Positions 19,270 through 29,185 of a DNA stretch of 64,000 nt are shown here, piece by piece. Made by a program: the position numbers and the translations under genes. Within the stretch, counting starts at the first letter, position 1; each line of letters opens with the position of its first letter. The notes beneath the pieces are model-generated. The model was not told where the DNA came from, did not search any database, and saw only the letters and a list, made by a program, of their open reading frames with translations. The stretch comes from Mucilaginibacter sp. GTDB lineage: Bacteria; Bacteroidota; Bacteroidia; Sphingobacteriales; Sphingobacteriaceae. The DNA is taken from positions 649 through 64,648 of the forward strand of contig JAQBOP010000011.1 of NCBI GenBank assembly GCA_028287975.1. Reading direction: 5' to 3'.

Positions 19270-21447
19270 ATGAAGAAAACCATTCTCCTTTTAAGTTTCG
19301 CGGCCACATCGCTTGCGGCATGGGCACAAGTAAAACCGGCAGAACTTCCGCAAAAAACAGCTTTCCAAACAGGCAGCCCCTGGATCCCGCAAATTGATGT
19401 ACGGTCGGACATGGCTATTGTTTACGGCACCAATGACCGCCCGGATATGACCTTCGAACAACGAGTGCAATCATGGCGCGACCATGGTTACCAAACCGCT
19501 TTTATGACCGGCATAGCCTGGGGCAGCTATGATGATTTCTTTTTAGGTAAATGGGATGGCACAAACCACCTGGACCTGGCGCAGGTAGAAAAGAACGGCA
19601 AGCCCATCATGCACGGCCGTAATATCCCGTATGTGGTACCTACCGATGTGTTTATTAAGTACATGCAAACCGCGGTAATGAAACGCGTTATAGACGTAGG
19701 CATTAAAGAGATCTTTTTAGAAGAACCGGAATTTTGGGCGCGCGGCGGCTACAGCGAACCATTTAAAGCCGAATGGCAAAAGTTTTACGGCTTCCCATGG
19801 AAACCGCAGGATGAAAGCCCGGAGAATACTTATCTTTCAAGTAAGCTGAAATATCACCTGTATTTTAATGCTATAAAGCAGGTGTCTGATTATGCTAAGG
19901 CTTATGCCAAAAGCAAAGGCATCAGCATAAAAATATACATCGCTACGCACTCGCTGGTAAATTATTCGTCATGGCAGATTGTAAGCCCTGAAGCCAGCCT
20001 GGCATCATTGCCCGGTATTGATGGTTATATAGCCCAGGTTTGGACAGGCACTTCGCGCGAGGCGACTTATTTTAATGGTAACCGCAAGGAGCGGGTTTTT
20101 GAGAATGCTTTCCTTGAATACGGATCAATGGTATCTATGACCGCACCCACCAAGCGTAAACTTTTCTTTTTAACAGACCCGATAGAAGACGCGCACCGCG
20201 ACTGGGCCGATTATAAACGCAACTACCAGGCAACATTTTCTGCTAAATTGTTATATCCCGTGATTGCCAATTATGAGGTTATGCCGTGGCCCGAACGCAT
20301 CTATACCGGCAAATACCGGTTAGCCAACAGCGACTCGAGCGTGTACATCCCTAAATATTATTCTACCCAAATGCAGATCATGGTGAACTCGTTAAACAGT
20401 ATACCTGTATCTGCCAACAAAGTAACCGGCGTAAATGGCATTGGGGTGTTAATGAGCAATTCATTAATGTTCCAGCGGTTCCCTACCCATAACGGGTTTG
20501 AAGATCCGCAATTTTCTATCTTCTACGGACAAACCATGCCGTTGGTAAAACATGGCATCCCGGTACAAACTGTACATATGGAAAACTTAGCATACCCTGC
20601 TACTTTAAAAGATATCAAGGTTTTGGTGATGAGCTACTCGAATATGAAGCCCATCAGCCCCGCTATACATGAGCAACTGGCGGCATGGGTTAAAAAAGGC
20701 GGCGTATTGATCTATGTAGGCAAAGACGACGATCCTTACCAATCTGTAATGGAATGGTGGAACACCAAGGGCAATAGCTTTACCGCGCCGTCACAACATT
20801 TGTTTAAACTATTGGGTATTAACGCGGCAAGCGGCAAACAAAAATTTAAGATGGGCCTGGGTACCGTGTACGTGATACGGGAAAACCCTAAAGATTTTGT
20901 TATGCAGGCTAATAATGATGCCAACTACCTGAACACGGTTAAACAAGCATATGAAACCGACAGCAAAGCCGGCAAACTGGAATTTAAAAACAACCTGTAT
21001 TTAGAGCGCGGCCCATATGATATTGTAGCTGTATTAAATGAGAACGAGGACACCAAACCTTACACGGTTAAAGGCCCGGTGATAGACCTGTTCGACCCGC
21101 AATTGCCGGTACTTGCAGAGAAAGTGGTTAACCCCGGCGAGCAGGCTTATTTATATGACGTAAAACGGGTAGTCAACAAGGCTAAGCCGCAGGTGCTGGC
21201 ATCGGCGTCAAGGGTGTACGACGAAAAAGTGCAGGCCCATGAATATAGTTTTGTAGCTAAAAGCCCTATAAATACACTAAACAGCATGCGTGTGCTTTTA
21301 CCTGCAAAGGCTAAACAAATTACACTTACGGATAGTAAAGGACAAGCCATTACCACTCTTCAAAGCTCGTGGGATGAATCATCAAATACCCTATACCTGG
21401 GTTATGATAACAGCCCTGACGGCATCCATGTAAGTTTAAGCTGGTAA
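19270..21447 (+). CDS. Secreted uncharacterised glycoside-hydrolase-like protein
   Basis: Signal peptide; aromatic-rich catalytic-type region (FLEEPEFW); GH42-trimerisation/GATase-like segment (LAAWVKKGGVLIYVG). Confidence 0.6.
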   Translation: MKKTILLLSFAATSLAAWAQVKPAELPQKTAFQTGSPWIPQIDVRSDMAIVYGTNDRPDMTFEQRVQSWRDHGYQTAFMTGIAWGSYDDFFLGKWDGTNHLDLAQVEKNGKPIMHGRNIPYVVPTDVFIKYMQTAVMKRVIDVGIKEIFLEEPEFWARGGYSEPFKAEWQKFYGFPWKPQDESPENTYLSSKLKYHLYFNAIKQVSDYAKAYAKSKGISIKIYIATHSLVNYSSWQIVSPEASLASLPGIDGYIAQVWTGTSREATYFNGNRKERVFENAFLEYGSMVSMTAPTKRKLFFLTDPIEDAHRDWADYKRNYQATFSAKLLYPVIANYEVMPWPERIYTGKYRLANSDSSVYIPKYYSTQMQIMVNSLNSIPVSANKVTGVNGIGVLMSNSLMFQRFPTHNGFEDPQFSIFYGQTMPLVKHGIPVQTVHMENLAYPATLKDIKVLVMSYSNMKPISPAIHEQLAAWVKKGGVLIYVGKDDDPYQSVMEWWNTKGNSFTAPSQHLFKLLGINAASGKQKFKMGLGTVYVIRENPKDFVMQANNDANYLNTVKQAYETDSKAGKLEFKNNLYLERGPYDIVAVLNENEDTKPYTVKGPVIDLFDPQLPVLAEKVVNPGEQAYLYDVKRVVNKAKPQVLASASRVYDEKVQAHEYSFVAKSPINTLNSMRVLLPAKAKQITLTDSKGQAITTLQSSWDESSNTLYLGYDNSPDGIHVSLSW

Positions 21448-21499
21448 CTAAAAGCTTATATATTGATAGAGATTAAAATTTCAATTTAGATATAAAAAG

Positions 21500-21586
21500 C
21501 TCTGTGCTTCTCTGCCTTTTCTTCGTGAACTCTGCGGTTTCTTTTTAACCACAAAGCCCGCAAAGAAGGCACAGAGAAGCACAGCG
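21500..21586. repeat. Long imperfect palindrome (REP-like / bidirectional terminator)
   Basis: CTGTGCTTCTCTG (21502-14) pairs with CAGAGAAGCACAG (21572-84); inner arms pair with transition-type mismatches; lies between convergent genes. Confidence 0.7.
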
Positions 21587-21589
21587 TTT

Positions 21590-22273
21590 TTATTTTGCCA
21601 GGACATAAAAATTTACCTCGCCGAATATTTCAAAGCCCAGGTCTTTATAAACCTTAATGGCGCGGGTGTTATCATCCCGTACATGCAGGAATGGAATTTC
21701 TCCGGCCGCCTTGATCCGATTAACATGAAATTTCATCAACTGCCGGGCATAGCCTTTGCCGGTATATTCGGGGTGGGTGCAAACTGCGCTTATCTCGGCA
21801 TAAGGTACCGGGTTTAGCCGCTGGCCGGCCATGGCAACCAGCTTTTCGCCGTCGAAAATGCCGTAATAATGCCCGAAATCTATCGTGTGCAACTCAAAAG
21901 GCCCGGGATTAGTGAGCTTGGTAAGCTCAAGCATTTGCGGCACATGGGCGTCAGTTAGCGCAATTAAATTTGATGTATCCACATCAAACGCATCGCCGTT
22001 ATATACCATCTGCCAGCCCGGTACATTTTGCACAACATTCCATTTGCTTTGTATGACTGTCCTATTTCGCGAAATAAATACCAGCGGGTTTTCGCGCGAG
22101 ATCATATGATACACCGCATCGAAATTTTCCTGCGAGTTTTCGCTGAACCCCACAAACGGGGCAACGTCCTTATCAAAATATTTTATACGATCATTGCCTT
22201 TAGCGAGGTTTTGATTACCCGTAGCCAAAGCGTTAAAAGCGGGATTGTCCAGTGCATGTTTCATCACCGGCAA
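21590..22273 (-). CDS. GNAT acetyltransferase (FR47-like)
   Basis: LDNP, PGPF, AMAGQR, EISAVCTHP, GKGYA, FLHV, AIKVYKDLGF. Confidence 0.88.
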   Translation of the reverse strand: MPVMKHALDNPAFNALATGNQNLAKGNDRIKYFDKDVAPFVGFSENSQENFDAVYHMISRENPLVFISRNRTVIQSKWNVVQNVPGWQMVYNGDAFDVDTSNLIALTDAHVPQMLELTKLTNPGPFELHTIDFGHYYGIFDGEKLVAMAGQRLNPVPYAEISAVCTHPEYTGKGYARQLMKFHVNRIKAAGEIPFLHVRDDNTRAIKVYKDLGFEIFGEVNFYVLAK

Positions 22274-22353
22274 ACCTATAAAAAAAGAATTTGAATACCC
22301 GACGCTGTAAAGCTGATGTCAAACTTTTACGCTTTAATTACTGTTGTCCTATT

Positions 22354-22848
22354 ATGAAATATCTGACATTAGGTTGCGCAATAGCTTTACTGATAACATC
22401 GTGTTCATCGCCAAAAAGCAAAACGGCAAGAGCAGATAGTTTAACTAATAATGATACATCGGCAAAAGCAAAAGACACATTAGTAAACAACAGCAAAGCC
22501 GCCATATCTTCATTATGTTTCTTAAATACACAAGGCAAAGACAGCACCAGTGTTGAAATGGTTGTACATGGCAATAAAGTAACCGGGCAAATGAACTGGC
22601 TGCCTTACCAAAAAGATAGCCGCAAGGGCACGTTAGACGGTGCCTTGAAAAACGATACCATACATGCCGTTTGGAGTTTTATGCAGGAAGGTATGATGGA
22701 CACGTTGAAGCTGAATTTTCAGATAAAAAACGGAGAATTATCACAAAAGCCGCTTAAGCTAAATACTAAAACCGGCCGTGAGCAAACGGATGAGTCTTCA
22801 GATTATAGCATCACATATAATTCAAGTACCAAACTGCATAGCCATTAA
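22354..22848 (+). CDS. Hypothetical lipoprotein
   Basis: MKYLTLGCAIALLITSC lipobox from the ATG at 22354. Confidence 0.75.
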   Translation: MKYLTLGCAIALLITSCSSPKSKTARADSLTNNDTSAKAKDTLVNNSKAAISSLCFLNTQGKDSTSVEMVVHGNKVTGQMNWLPYQKDSRKGTLDGALKNDTIHAVWSFMQEGMMDTLKLNFQIKNGELSQKPLKLNTKTGREQTDESSDYSITYNSSTKLHSH

Positions 22849-23006
22849 AACCGGTTGGTTTTGTGTTCGTAAATTTCTCTTAGCGCCAGGCCCAGTAGTA
22901 CGCCAAATGCTGCACCCAGGCCAAGATGATGTAATATTATCCCTGAAATCATTCCGATAATAAAACCAACTATAAACGCGGCATTTTTTCTCCTTTTGCT
23001 TTGCAC
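22845..23006 (-). CDS. Small membrane protein (53 aa), below ORF-track cutoff
   Basis: GTG start; MQSKRRKNAAFIVGFIIGMISGIILHHLGLGAAFGVLLGLALREIYEHKTNRF has a basic N-terminus and two Gly-rich hydrophobic helices; its stop overlaps the lipoprotein stop (TTAA). Confidence 0.6.
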   Translation of the reverse strand: MQSKRRKNAAFIVGFIIGMISGIILHHLGLGAAFGVLLGLALREIYEHKTNRF

Positions 23007-23053
23007 CCGGTAAAAATAATAAAGATTAAACTACTATCCGGTAAGGAAGATAG

Positions 23054-25903
23054 TTACCTGACAATAGTTACGCTGCCGCTGATCAGCTTACGCCCGCTCC
23101 TGGTGTTAATAATATAATAGTACACGCCAAAAGGCAGATCGGCGCCATGAGACTTGCCGTCCCATGGTTTAGGGTATCCTATGGACGAAAACACTTTAGC
23201 ACCGTAGCGGTTAAATACATCAACAGTAGCACCCGGATAAGTGTTTAAATATTGGATCTCCCAGGTATCGTTTATGCCGTCATTATTAGGTGTGAAAGTG
23301 TTAGGCACAACAATATTTTTTAAAACCGATATGGTAACCTGCGCCGTTGCCGAACAACCTGAACCCGATGTTACCGTAAGGGTATAAGTTGTATTGACCG
23401 CCGGCATAAAAATGGGACTTGCTACAGTTGCATCACTGATACCGGTCGTTGGCAACCATGCATAGGTTAAGTTATTACCGGTTATTACCGGGTTTAATTT
23501 TAACTGGCCGCCCTCAAACACGCCCGTAGTTGCCGCCAAGGTAATAGTTGGCATAGCGGTAACCGAAACTTTAAAACTCGTGATGTAATTGCACCCTGTA
23601 TTATCAACAAATGCGTAATTAACAGTATAAGACCCTGCCCCCGAAACTTTGGGATCAAACACCCCTGCTGACGTTATACCTGTACCTGAAAATGTAGATG
23701 TCCCGCCGGTACTGGGGGTAGCTATAATATTTATGGGCGCATCGTTTTGGCAGAGTATAATGGAGTCGGCAATTGCGCTGCCGTTATAGGTAAGTGTTGC
23801 TGTTGGGATTGGATTTACAGTAACCTCTCGCGGAAGAGCATCGCTGGAACATAATTGCCCGGTATAAGCCCGTAGAACTACATGGTAAGTTTGGGGCGAT
23901 GTTGTGGTGTTTAAAGGATACATGAAGTGATAGGTTTTATCGCTTCGCAAAGCTTCTTTAGCAATTGGTATTACAACTGACGGATGATTATCGTTATCAA
24001 GGATCCATTCCAGCCGGGTTACATTACCAATGACGGGCTGTGACTTATCCCGTAAAGAGACACTGTCGCCACTGCAAACTTCAAGGGTCAATACATTAAA
24101 AACCGTCCCTGGGTTTGCGCTGTTAACAGTAAATTGTTTTTCAGCATGACCCTGCTGGCAGGCACTTGACGAATTAACAATGAGGGTAACAGGATAACTG
24201 CCGGCTTTAGTATAATGATGTACCGGGTTTTGTTGGGTTGATGTATTTGGGTTTGACGGCGTAGAATTATTCGGATCGCCAAAATTCCATTGGTAGGTTA
24301 GTCCCGTGGTTGTACCATCGGGCATGGTTGACATATTGGTAAACTGTGCGCCATCCAGCTCGCAGGCATCGGGTAAGGTAAAATCAGCAGTAGGCCCGGT
24401 AAGTACGGTAATGCTTTTCGTAAAAACATCGCTCACACAATTTTCTGCTGAAGTTACCTGCAAAGATACTTTATGAATGCCCGGGGTAGTGAAGACATGT
24501 GTAAACGGAGCATTTGTATATAAATTCGCTGCAGATGTATTATCATCAAAGGTCCATTGCCATTCGTATATGGTGCCGTTGGTAATTATAGATTTATCCG
24601 TAAGCGTAACGGGTACGTTAGGGCAAGTTACGTCAACGGCATCGAAGTTTACAAGTAGCTTGGGCACCACCTTTACGTTATACGTCTTGCTTGATGGACA
24701 CCCAACACTATTAGTAACAGTTAATTTTACCGGGTAAGTTCCGCCTGTAAAAGTGTGCAACGGGTTTTGTTCTGTCGATGTGCTGCCATCTGTAAAATCC
24801 CACAACCAGGATGTTATATTTGAGCCGGTAGATGTATCGGTGAATTGAATATCATTCGATAAGCAACTGGTATTAGTTCCTGCAAATGTAAAATTGGCTA
24901 CCGGCGCATCCGGCACTGTTAATGTTAACAGGTTTGATGCCACCTGGCATGCCGCGCTGCCGGTATTGCCGGCTTCAGATGCCAGCATGCGGTATTGGTA
25001 AACCCCTATAACGGCAGATTGAACAGTAACAGTGGCAGTCGTTGCTATTGCACCTGCAATATTTAGCCAGCCTGAGCCATTGTTTACCTGCCATTGGTAA
25101 ACGGGGTTTGTAAAACCGCCGGCAACAACACTTGCCTGAAGTGTATAAGTGTTACTCTGCCCTGCACAGGTTTGCGCTGTAGGCGACAAGTTATTATTAA
25201 TAATAAAGTTTGAACTGATAACAGGGCCACAGGGCCGGAAAGTAATATCATCCAAAGCAAGGTCATTAGCCGGAGCACCGCCATTACTGTTGTTGGTCAT
25301 TTGAATAATTACAGATGATACGCCAACAGGTGTTTTAAAGTAAGTCCCGTATTGTTTCCAGACAAGGCCCGACGGTGTTAAAGGGATTGTCCCTGTGTTA
25401 TAAGTAGCTAAGGGCGTCCCGTCTGTTGCAGATGTTATTTTAAAAGTAATATTGGGCGGACTAATATCACTTGATCTTAACAAGTTGGCTATCCAGGCAG
25501 CAAACTCAAATGTGGTGCCGGGGCATAAGCCGGTTACCGTGGTTTTATAAAAATAATCTGTTTTTGCTTCACTGGCATTTACCACCATCATGTAACCGCC
25601 GGTATCGCCGGTATGGTCTTTGGTGTTCCACCAAATATTGCCGGTAGTGGCATTTTCAATCGTATATGTTCCGTCTTTTGGAAAGTCATCGTCATTGTGA
25701 GCGTAATTGGTTGTACCCGCGGGCAGCTGAGGGCCATGCATGGCTGTGCCCGCACCGAAATCAATTTTAACAACCGGATCGCCTAAGCTGCCGGTGCATA
25801 ATTGTGCATAGCTTGTGTAATTAATGCCCGTAAGGAGACCAATAAGCAGGATAAAAAATGATTTATTTTGCTTTATAAGAGCTACACTCCCTTTTATGCA
25901 CAT
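23054..25903 (-). CDS. PKD-repeat surface protein with T9SS type-B (gliding-motility-associated) C-terminal domain
   Basis: WDFTDG/WTFDD/WNFGD PKD repeats; PNTFTPNNDGINDTW...FNRYG...WDG...GVYYYII. Confidence 0.9.
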   Translation of the reverse strand: MCIKGSVALIKQNKSFFILLIGLLTGINYTSYAQLCTGSLGDPVVKIDFGAGTAMHGPQLPAGTTNYAHNDDDFPKDGTYTIENATTGNIWWNTKDHTGDTGGYMMVVNASEAKTDYFYKTTVTGLCPGTTFEFAAWIANLLRSSDISPPNITFKITSATDGTPLATYNTGTIPLTPSGLVWKQYGTYFKTPVGVSSVIIQMTNNSNGGAPANDLALDDITFRPCGPVISSNFIINNNLSPTAQTCAGQSNTYTLQASVVAGGFTNPVYQWQVNNGSGWLNIAGAIATTATVTVQSAVIGVYQYRMLASEAGNTGSAACQVASNLLTLTVPDAPVANFTFAGTNTSCLSNDIQFTDTSTGSNITSWLWDFTDGSTSTEQNPLHTFTGGTYPVKLTVTNSVGCPSSKTYNVKVVPKLLVNFDAVDVTCPNVPVTLTDKSIITNGTIYEWQWTFDDNTSAANLYTNAPFTHVFTTPGIHKVSLQVTSAENCVSDVFTKSITVLTGPTADFTLPDACELDGAQFTNMSTMPDGTTTGLTYQWNFGDPNNSTPSNPNTSTQQNPVHHYTKAGSYPVTLIVNSSSACQQGHAEKQFTVNSANPGTVFNVLTLEVCSGDSVSLRDKSQPVIGNVTRLEWILDNDNHPSVVIPIAKEALRSDKTYHFMYPLNTTTSPQTYHVVLRAYTGQLCSSDALPREVTVNPIPTATLTYNGSAIADSIILCQNDAPINIIATPSTGGTSTFSGTGITSAGVFDPKVSGAGSYTVNYAFVDNTGCNYITSFKVSVTAMPTITLAATTGVFEGGQLKLNPVITGNNLTYAWLPTTGISDATVASPIFMPAVNTTYTLTVTSGSGCSATAQVTISVLKNIVVPNTFTPNNDGINDTWEIQYLNTYPGATVDVFNRYGAKVFSSIGYPKPWDGKSHGADLPFGVYYYIINTRSGRKLISGSVTIVR

Positions 25904-26161
25904 ATATAGTCGAAAATAGTATAACCCGCTTTTAAATAAATGCCCTTAATAAATGGCAGCTATTTAATTGACAAGGTAGCCAAATCATTAGCAAGGTATT
26001 TGCTGCTGATGCCTCCTATCATATCAAAGTTAGTTAACGTTAAGCGCAGTACAAAAGTGTATAGATGAATAGGGTATTTGTATAGACCAATAAATTAATA
26101 TGGCGGACGGTTTTGTATAGTCGAAATATGGAACAAACAGTAAACAAACCTAGACTGCCTG

Positions 26162-26494
26162 TCATTTAAGATCCCGGATCCCACAGTCCTGTAAAACATT
26201 TATCACTGGCATTAATGACTGGCCGTAAGTTGTCACCTTGTATTCAACACGCGGGGGCATTTCGGCGTAAATAATACGGTCTATAAGTTTGTCTTCTTCC
26301 AGTTCCCTTAATTGATTTACCAGCATTTGTTTGCTTATAGCAGGCATGGCTTTTTGCAGTTTGCTAAACCTGTTGCAATTTTTGCTGATGGCATATATGA
26401 TCATGATCTTCCATTTACCGCCTATCAGGTTAAGGCAATGCGTAACCGGGCAGTTGTTGGGGTTAAAATCCTTATTCTTTCTGATGTTTGCCAT
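26162..26494 (-). CDS. HxlR family winged-helix regulator
   Basis: CPV, IGGKWK, RFSKL, ISKQMLVNQLRELE, PPRVEY. Confidence 0.92.
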   Translation of the reverse strand: MANIRKNKDFNPNNCPVTHCLNLIGGKWKIMIIYAISKNCNRFSKLQKAMPAISKQMLVNQLRELEEDKLIDRIIYAEMPPRVEYKVTTYGQSLMPVINVLQDCGIRDLK

Positions 26495-26586
26495 TGGTCT
26501 AAAAAAATGTACTATGATGTATTGTGCAGACTACTTGTATTTGATAGACGAAGATAGCAACTTTGTTAAAACTACTTGAAAATAAC

Positions 26587-27153
26587 ATGACTGAGCAAGA
26601 AATAAAACAATATATCCAGGGTGGCGAATGGGTGAGCATCACGCCCGAAGTAAGACCGAGCATAGCGCCCGGTGCAACAATTAAACCATTTTATTTAACC
26701 AGGGTATTTAAATATTCGGCCGGTGATAAATTTGAATGCACAGTTATTAATTATGCCGATCCAAACGCTAAGGTGCCGTTAGTGAAAATTGTTATTAAAG
26801 GACACCATATCTGGCAGGGGCCTCACCCCATTGCCGATGATGCTTATAAAGTTGATTATGTGGCCGACGAAGCTTATGAAGTAACGCCCTTACACCAGGG
26901 TTTTGTTGACGCGATTAACCAGGCACCAACGACCGGTTTAAACAAGTGGGAAGTAAACGTAACACAGGATGTAAAGGGTAAAGGTTTCATTCCTTTCGGA
27001 CTTACCGAAGGCGAGATTTATATCGACTATGATTTAATTTATATTTATAACGACCTGTTTTTTAACGGCAGTAAAAATGTAGACGGCCGCGCATTTGACA
27101 AACCCGAAAACCGTCCTACTAATTTGCAGGTGCCATTAATACGAAAAGGTTAA
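26587..27153 (+). CDS. APCDD1-domain-like protein
   Basis: GEWVS..EVRP, YLTR.F, YADP, VTP, WEVNVTQDV, FNG...DG...DKPENRPTNLQVPL follow the motif order I recall for the animal APCDD1 domain; ATG at 26587. Confidence 0.65.
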   Translation: MTEQEIKQYIQGGEWVSITPEVRPSIAPGATIKPFYLTRVFKYSAGDKFECTVINYADPNAKVPLVKIVIKGHHIWQGPHPIADDAYKVDYVADEAYEVTPLHQGFVDAINQAPTTGLNKWEVNVTQDVKGKGFIPFGLTEGEIYIDYDLIYIYNDLFFNGSKNVDGRAFDKPENRPTNLQVPLIRKG

Positions 27154-27162
27154 TGCTATAAT

Positions 27163-28308
27163 TTATCTCATCACCCGGCCTACACCAAATTGGTCGCCGG
27201 CTTTAACGGGTTTGCCGTCTTTAAAATCAACCTCTAACAGTTTTTCGCTTTCAACAGTGTTATAGTTTTCGTCTTTTAAAATGGTTAGCACCTTGCGGGT
27301 TTTCACATCTATCACCTCGCCGCTTGATGGATAGGCGTATTTGCCATCCAAAGTAAAAGTAACCCAACCCGGCATATCCTGTAAAGGGATGCTTGTTAAT
27401 TGTTGGTACGGTTCGATCGCGCTGAAGATATGCATCCGCATATTGGCGCCGTCGCTTAGCCAGATCTCCTTTTCATCGGGCGTAAGGCCAATCCCGTGGC
27501 TGGGGCAGCCGTGTCGTCTAACCGAACCTTTGTCCCATCCTTCAACAACAACCTGTTTTATCTTTTTGCCGGTGGTCAGATCGCCAACCTCAAAGCCCAG
27601 CAGGTCATTACAGTTAACAAAAATGCGGGTTTCTTTGCCGTTGATGGTAAAGGGGCGCACAAAATTGATAAAAGGGCCAACTTCTCCTGTTACAGTATTG
27701 GTTTTAGGGTCGGCAATTTTTACGACGGTATTTTTTAGATCGGCCAGGTAAACATGTTTGCCGGACAAAGCGTAAATGGTATTATGCGATGCGTTAAAGC
27801 CATCTAACCGTTTAATGATGTTCCCGGTTTCGCAATCTATAACAGTCCAGTAATGGCTCTCAAGCGATGGCAGGTACATGGTCTTTCCGTCGGGCGCTAC
27901 AGATAACCTGTCGCATCCATTCGGAATTTGTTTTTCCCAAATCAGTTTGCCGGTTACCAGGTCTATTCGCTGTAAACTTTCTAAAGTAGTAACATACACG
28001 CTATGCAACGGGATGCTTACACCAATACCTTTGATGTTAGACGGCTGGCCATTTGGATGAAAGCCCCTGAACGGGATCCGCTTAACCAATTTATGCCCAT
28101 GGTCTATATCAAATACCAGCAAGCCGTGGCCGCCATAACCTAAGTAATCGCGTACGCCGGGTACAGCAGCAAATAGATAGCGTCCGTTTAATGGCATTGC
28201 TGCAACTCTCATGGCGCGATCTGTTTTAGAAACCAGCTTCCATGATATCGTAAATGAAATAGCAATTACTGATAACAGCACTATAAAAATTCGGATCCCG
28301 TTTTTCAT
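27163..28308 (-). CDS. YncE/YVTN-type beta-propeller protein
   Basis: N-terminal signal/TM; repeats APDGKTMY, LTPDEKEIW, TLDGKYAY. Confidence 0.75.
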   Translation of the reverse strand: MKNGIRIFIVLLSVIAISFTISWKLVSKTDRAMRVAAMPLNGRYLFAAVPGVRDYLGYGGHGLLVFDIDHGHKLVKRIPFRGFHPNGQPSNIKGIGVSIPLHSVYVTTLESLQRIDLVTGKLIWEKQIPNGCDRLSVAPDGKTMYLPSLESHYWTVIDCETGNIIKRLDGFNASHNTIYALSGKHVYLADLKNTVVKIADPKTNTVTGEVGPFINFVRPFTINGKETRIFVNCNDLLGFEVGDLTTGKKIKQVVVEGWDKGSVRRHGCPSHGIGLTPDEKEIWLSDGANMRMHIFSAIEPYQQLTSIPLQDMPGWVTFTLDGKYAYPSSGEVIDVKTRKVLTILKDENYNTVESEKLLEVDFKDGKPVKAGDQFGVGRVMR

Positions 28309-28431
28309 AACTTATTTATTTTGAGGTAAATATTGGTGCGGTTAAGATAGCGGGCAATTTTAATAACTGCAAATAGTGATATGGTATTTTTACACAATAG
28401 TAGATTTATACCAATGTCAATAAAATCAGAA

Positions 28432-28797
28432 CTATCTGTGATATTCAAGCAGTTCCATCCGGTTGCCAAACGGATCAAGAAAGGTAAAGCGGTCGCGGCC
28501 CTCAATAACGGGTTCTTCGTCTATCTTAATGCCATTTGCCTCCAGGTGTTTACGTGCAATAGCCAGGTCAGTAACCTCAAAAGCGGTGTGCCTGAATGTA
28601 AAGCCGACTGGCGGTTCAACGCCTATATGTAATTGTATCCCGGCTATGTTAAACCAATAGCCAGGTGTGTCAAAAATATGGTCGGGCCGTGGTATGGCTT
28701 CAAGGCCGAACACATTTGCATAAAATTGCCGCGCGGCTTCCAGTTGTTCGGGTGCTACACAAATATTGATATGGTCGGTACGTTTAAAGTTGATCAT
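28432..28797 (-). CDS. VOC/glyoxalase family protein
   Basis: DHINI, FYANVFGL, QLHIG, HTAFEV, DPFGNRMEL; likely ATG at 28797. Confidence 0.85.
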   Translation of the reverse strand: MINFKRTDHINICVAPEQLEAARQFYANVFGLEAIPRPDHIFDTPGYWFNIAGIQLHIGVEPPVGFTFRHTAFEVTDLAIARKHLEANGIKIDEEPVIEGRDRFTFLDPFGNRMELLEYHR

Positions 28798-28807
28798 TAT
28801 AGTACTA

Positions 28808-29185
28808 TTACTCGTGCTCGGCAAAGGTAAGCACATAGCCGTTATTGTCTTTTATCGAAAATTCGGTAGCGCCGTAAAAAGTAGTTTCCAGTCCTTTTAA
28901 AACGGTTACTTTATCTTTAACCTGTTCAAAAAATCCGCGGATATCTTTTAAGTTGATGTATAACAAAAGCGATCCGCCGTCCTGCCTTGAGATCTCCGGC
29001 AGATCATCCGCCAGGCTTTCATAGGTTTGAAACATCATGGTTACGCTGCCGTTTACCATCATGGCCCAAACCAGTTCATCACCCGTCTCGGGTACCGACA
29101 TACTGATCTTAAAACCAAGCGATTGATAAAAAGCGACGGTCGCTTTCATATCGGCAGTAAAAATATTGGGCGATAAGGTTTCCAT
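28808..29185 (-). CDS. VOC/bleomycin-resistance family protein
   Basis: AFYQSLGF, TFYGATEFSIKDNNGYVLTF. Confidence 0.85.
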   Translation of the reverse strand: METLSPNIFTADMKATVAFYQSLGFKISMSVPETGDELVWAMMVNGSVTMMFQTYESLADDLPEISRQDGGSLLLYINLKDIRGFFEQVKDKVTVLKGLETTFYGATEFSIKDNNGYVLTFAEHE

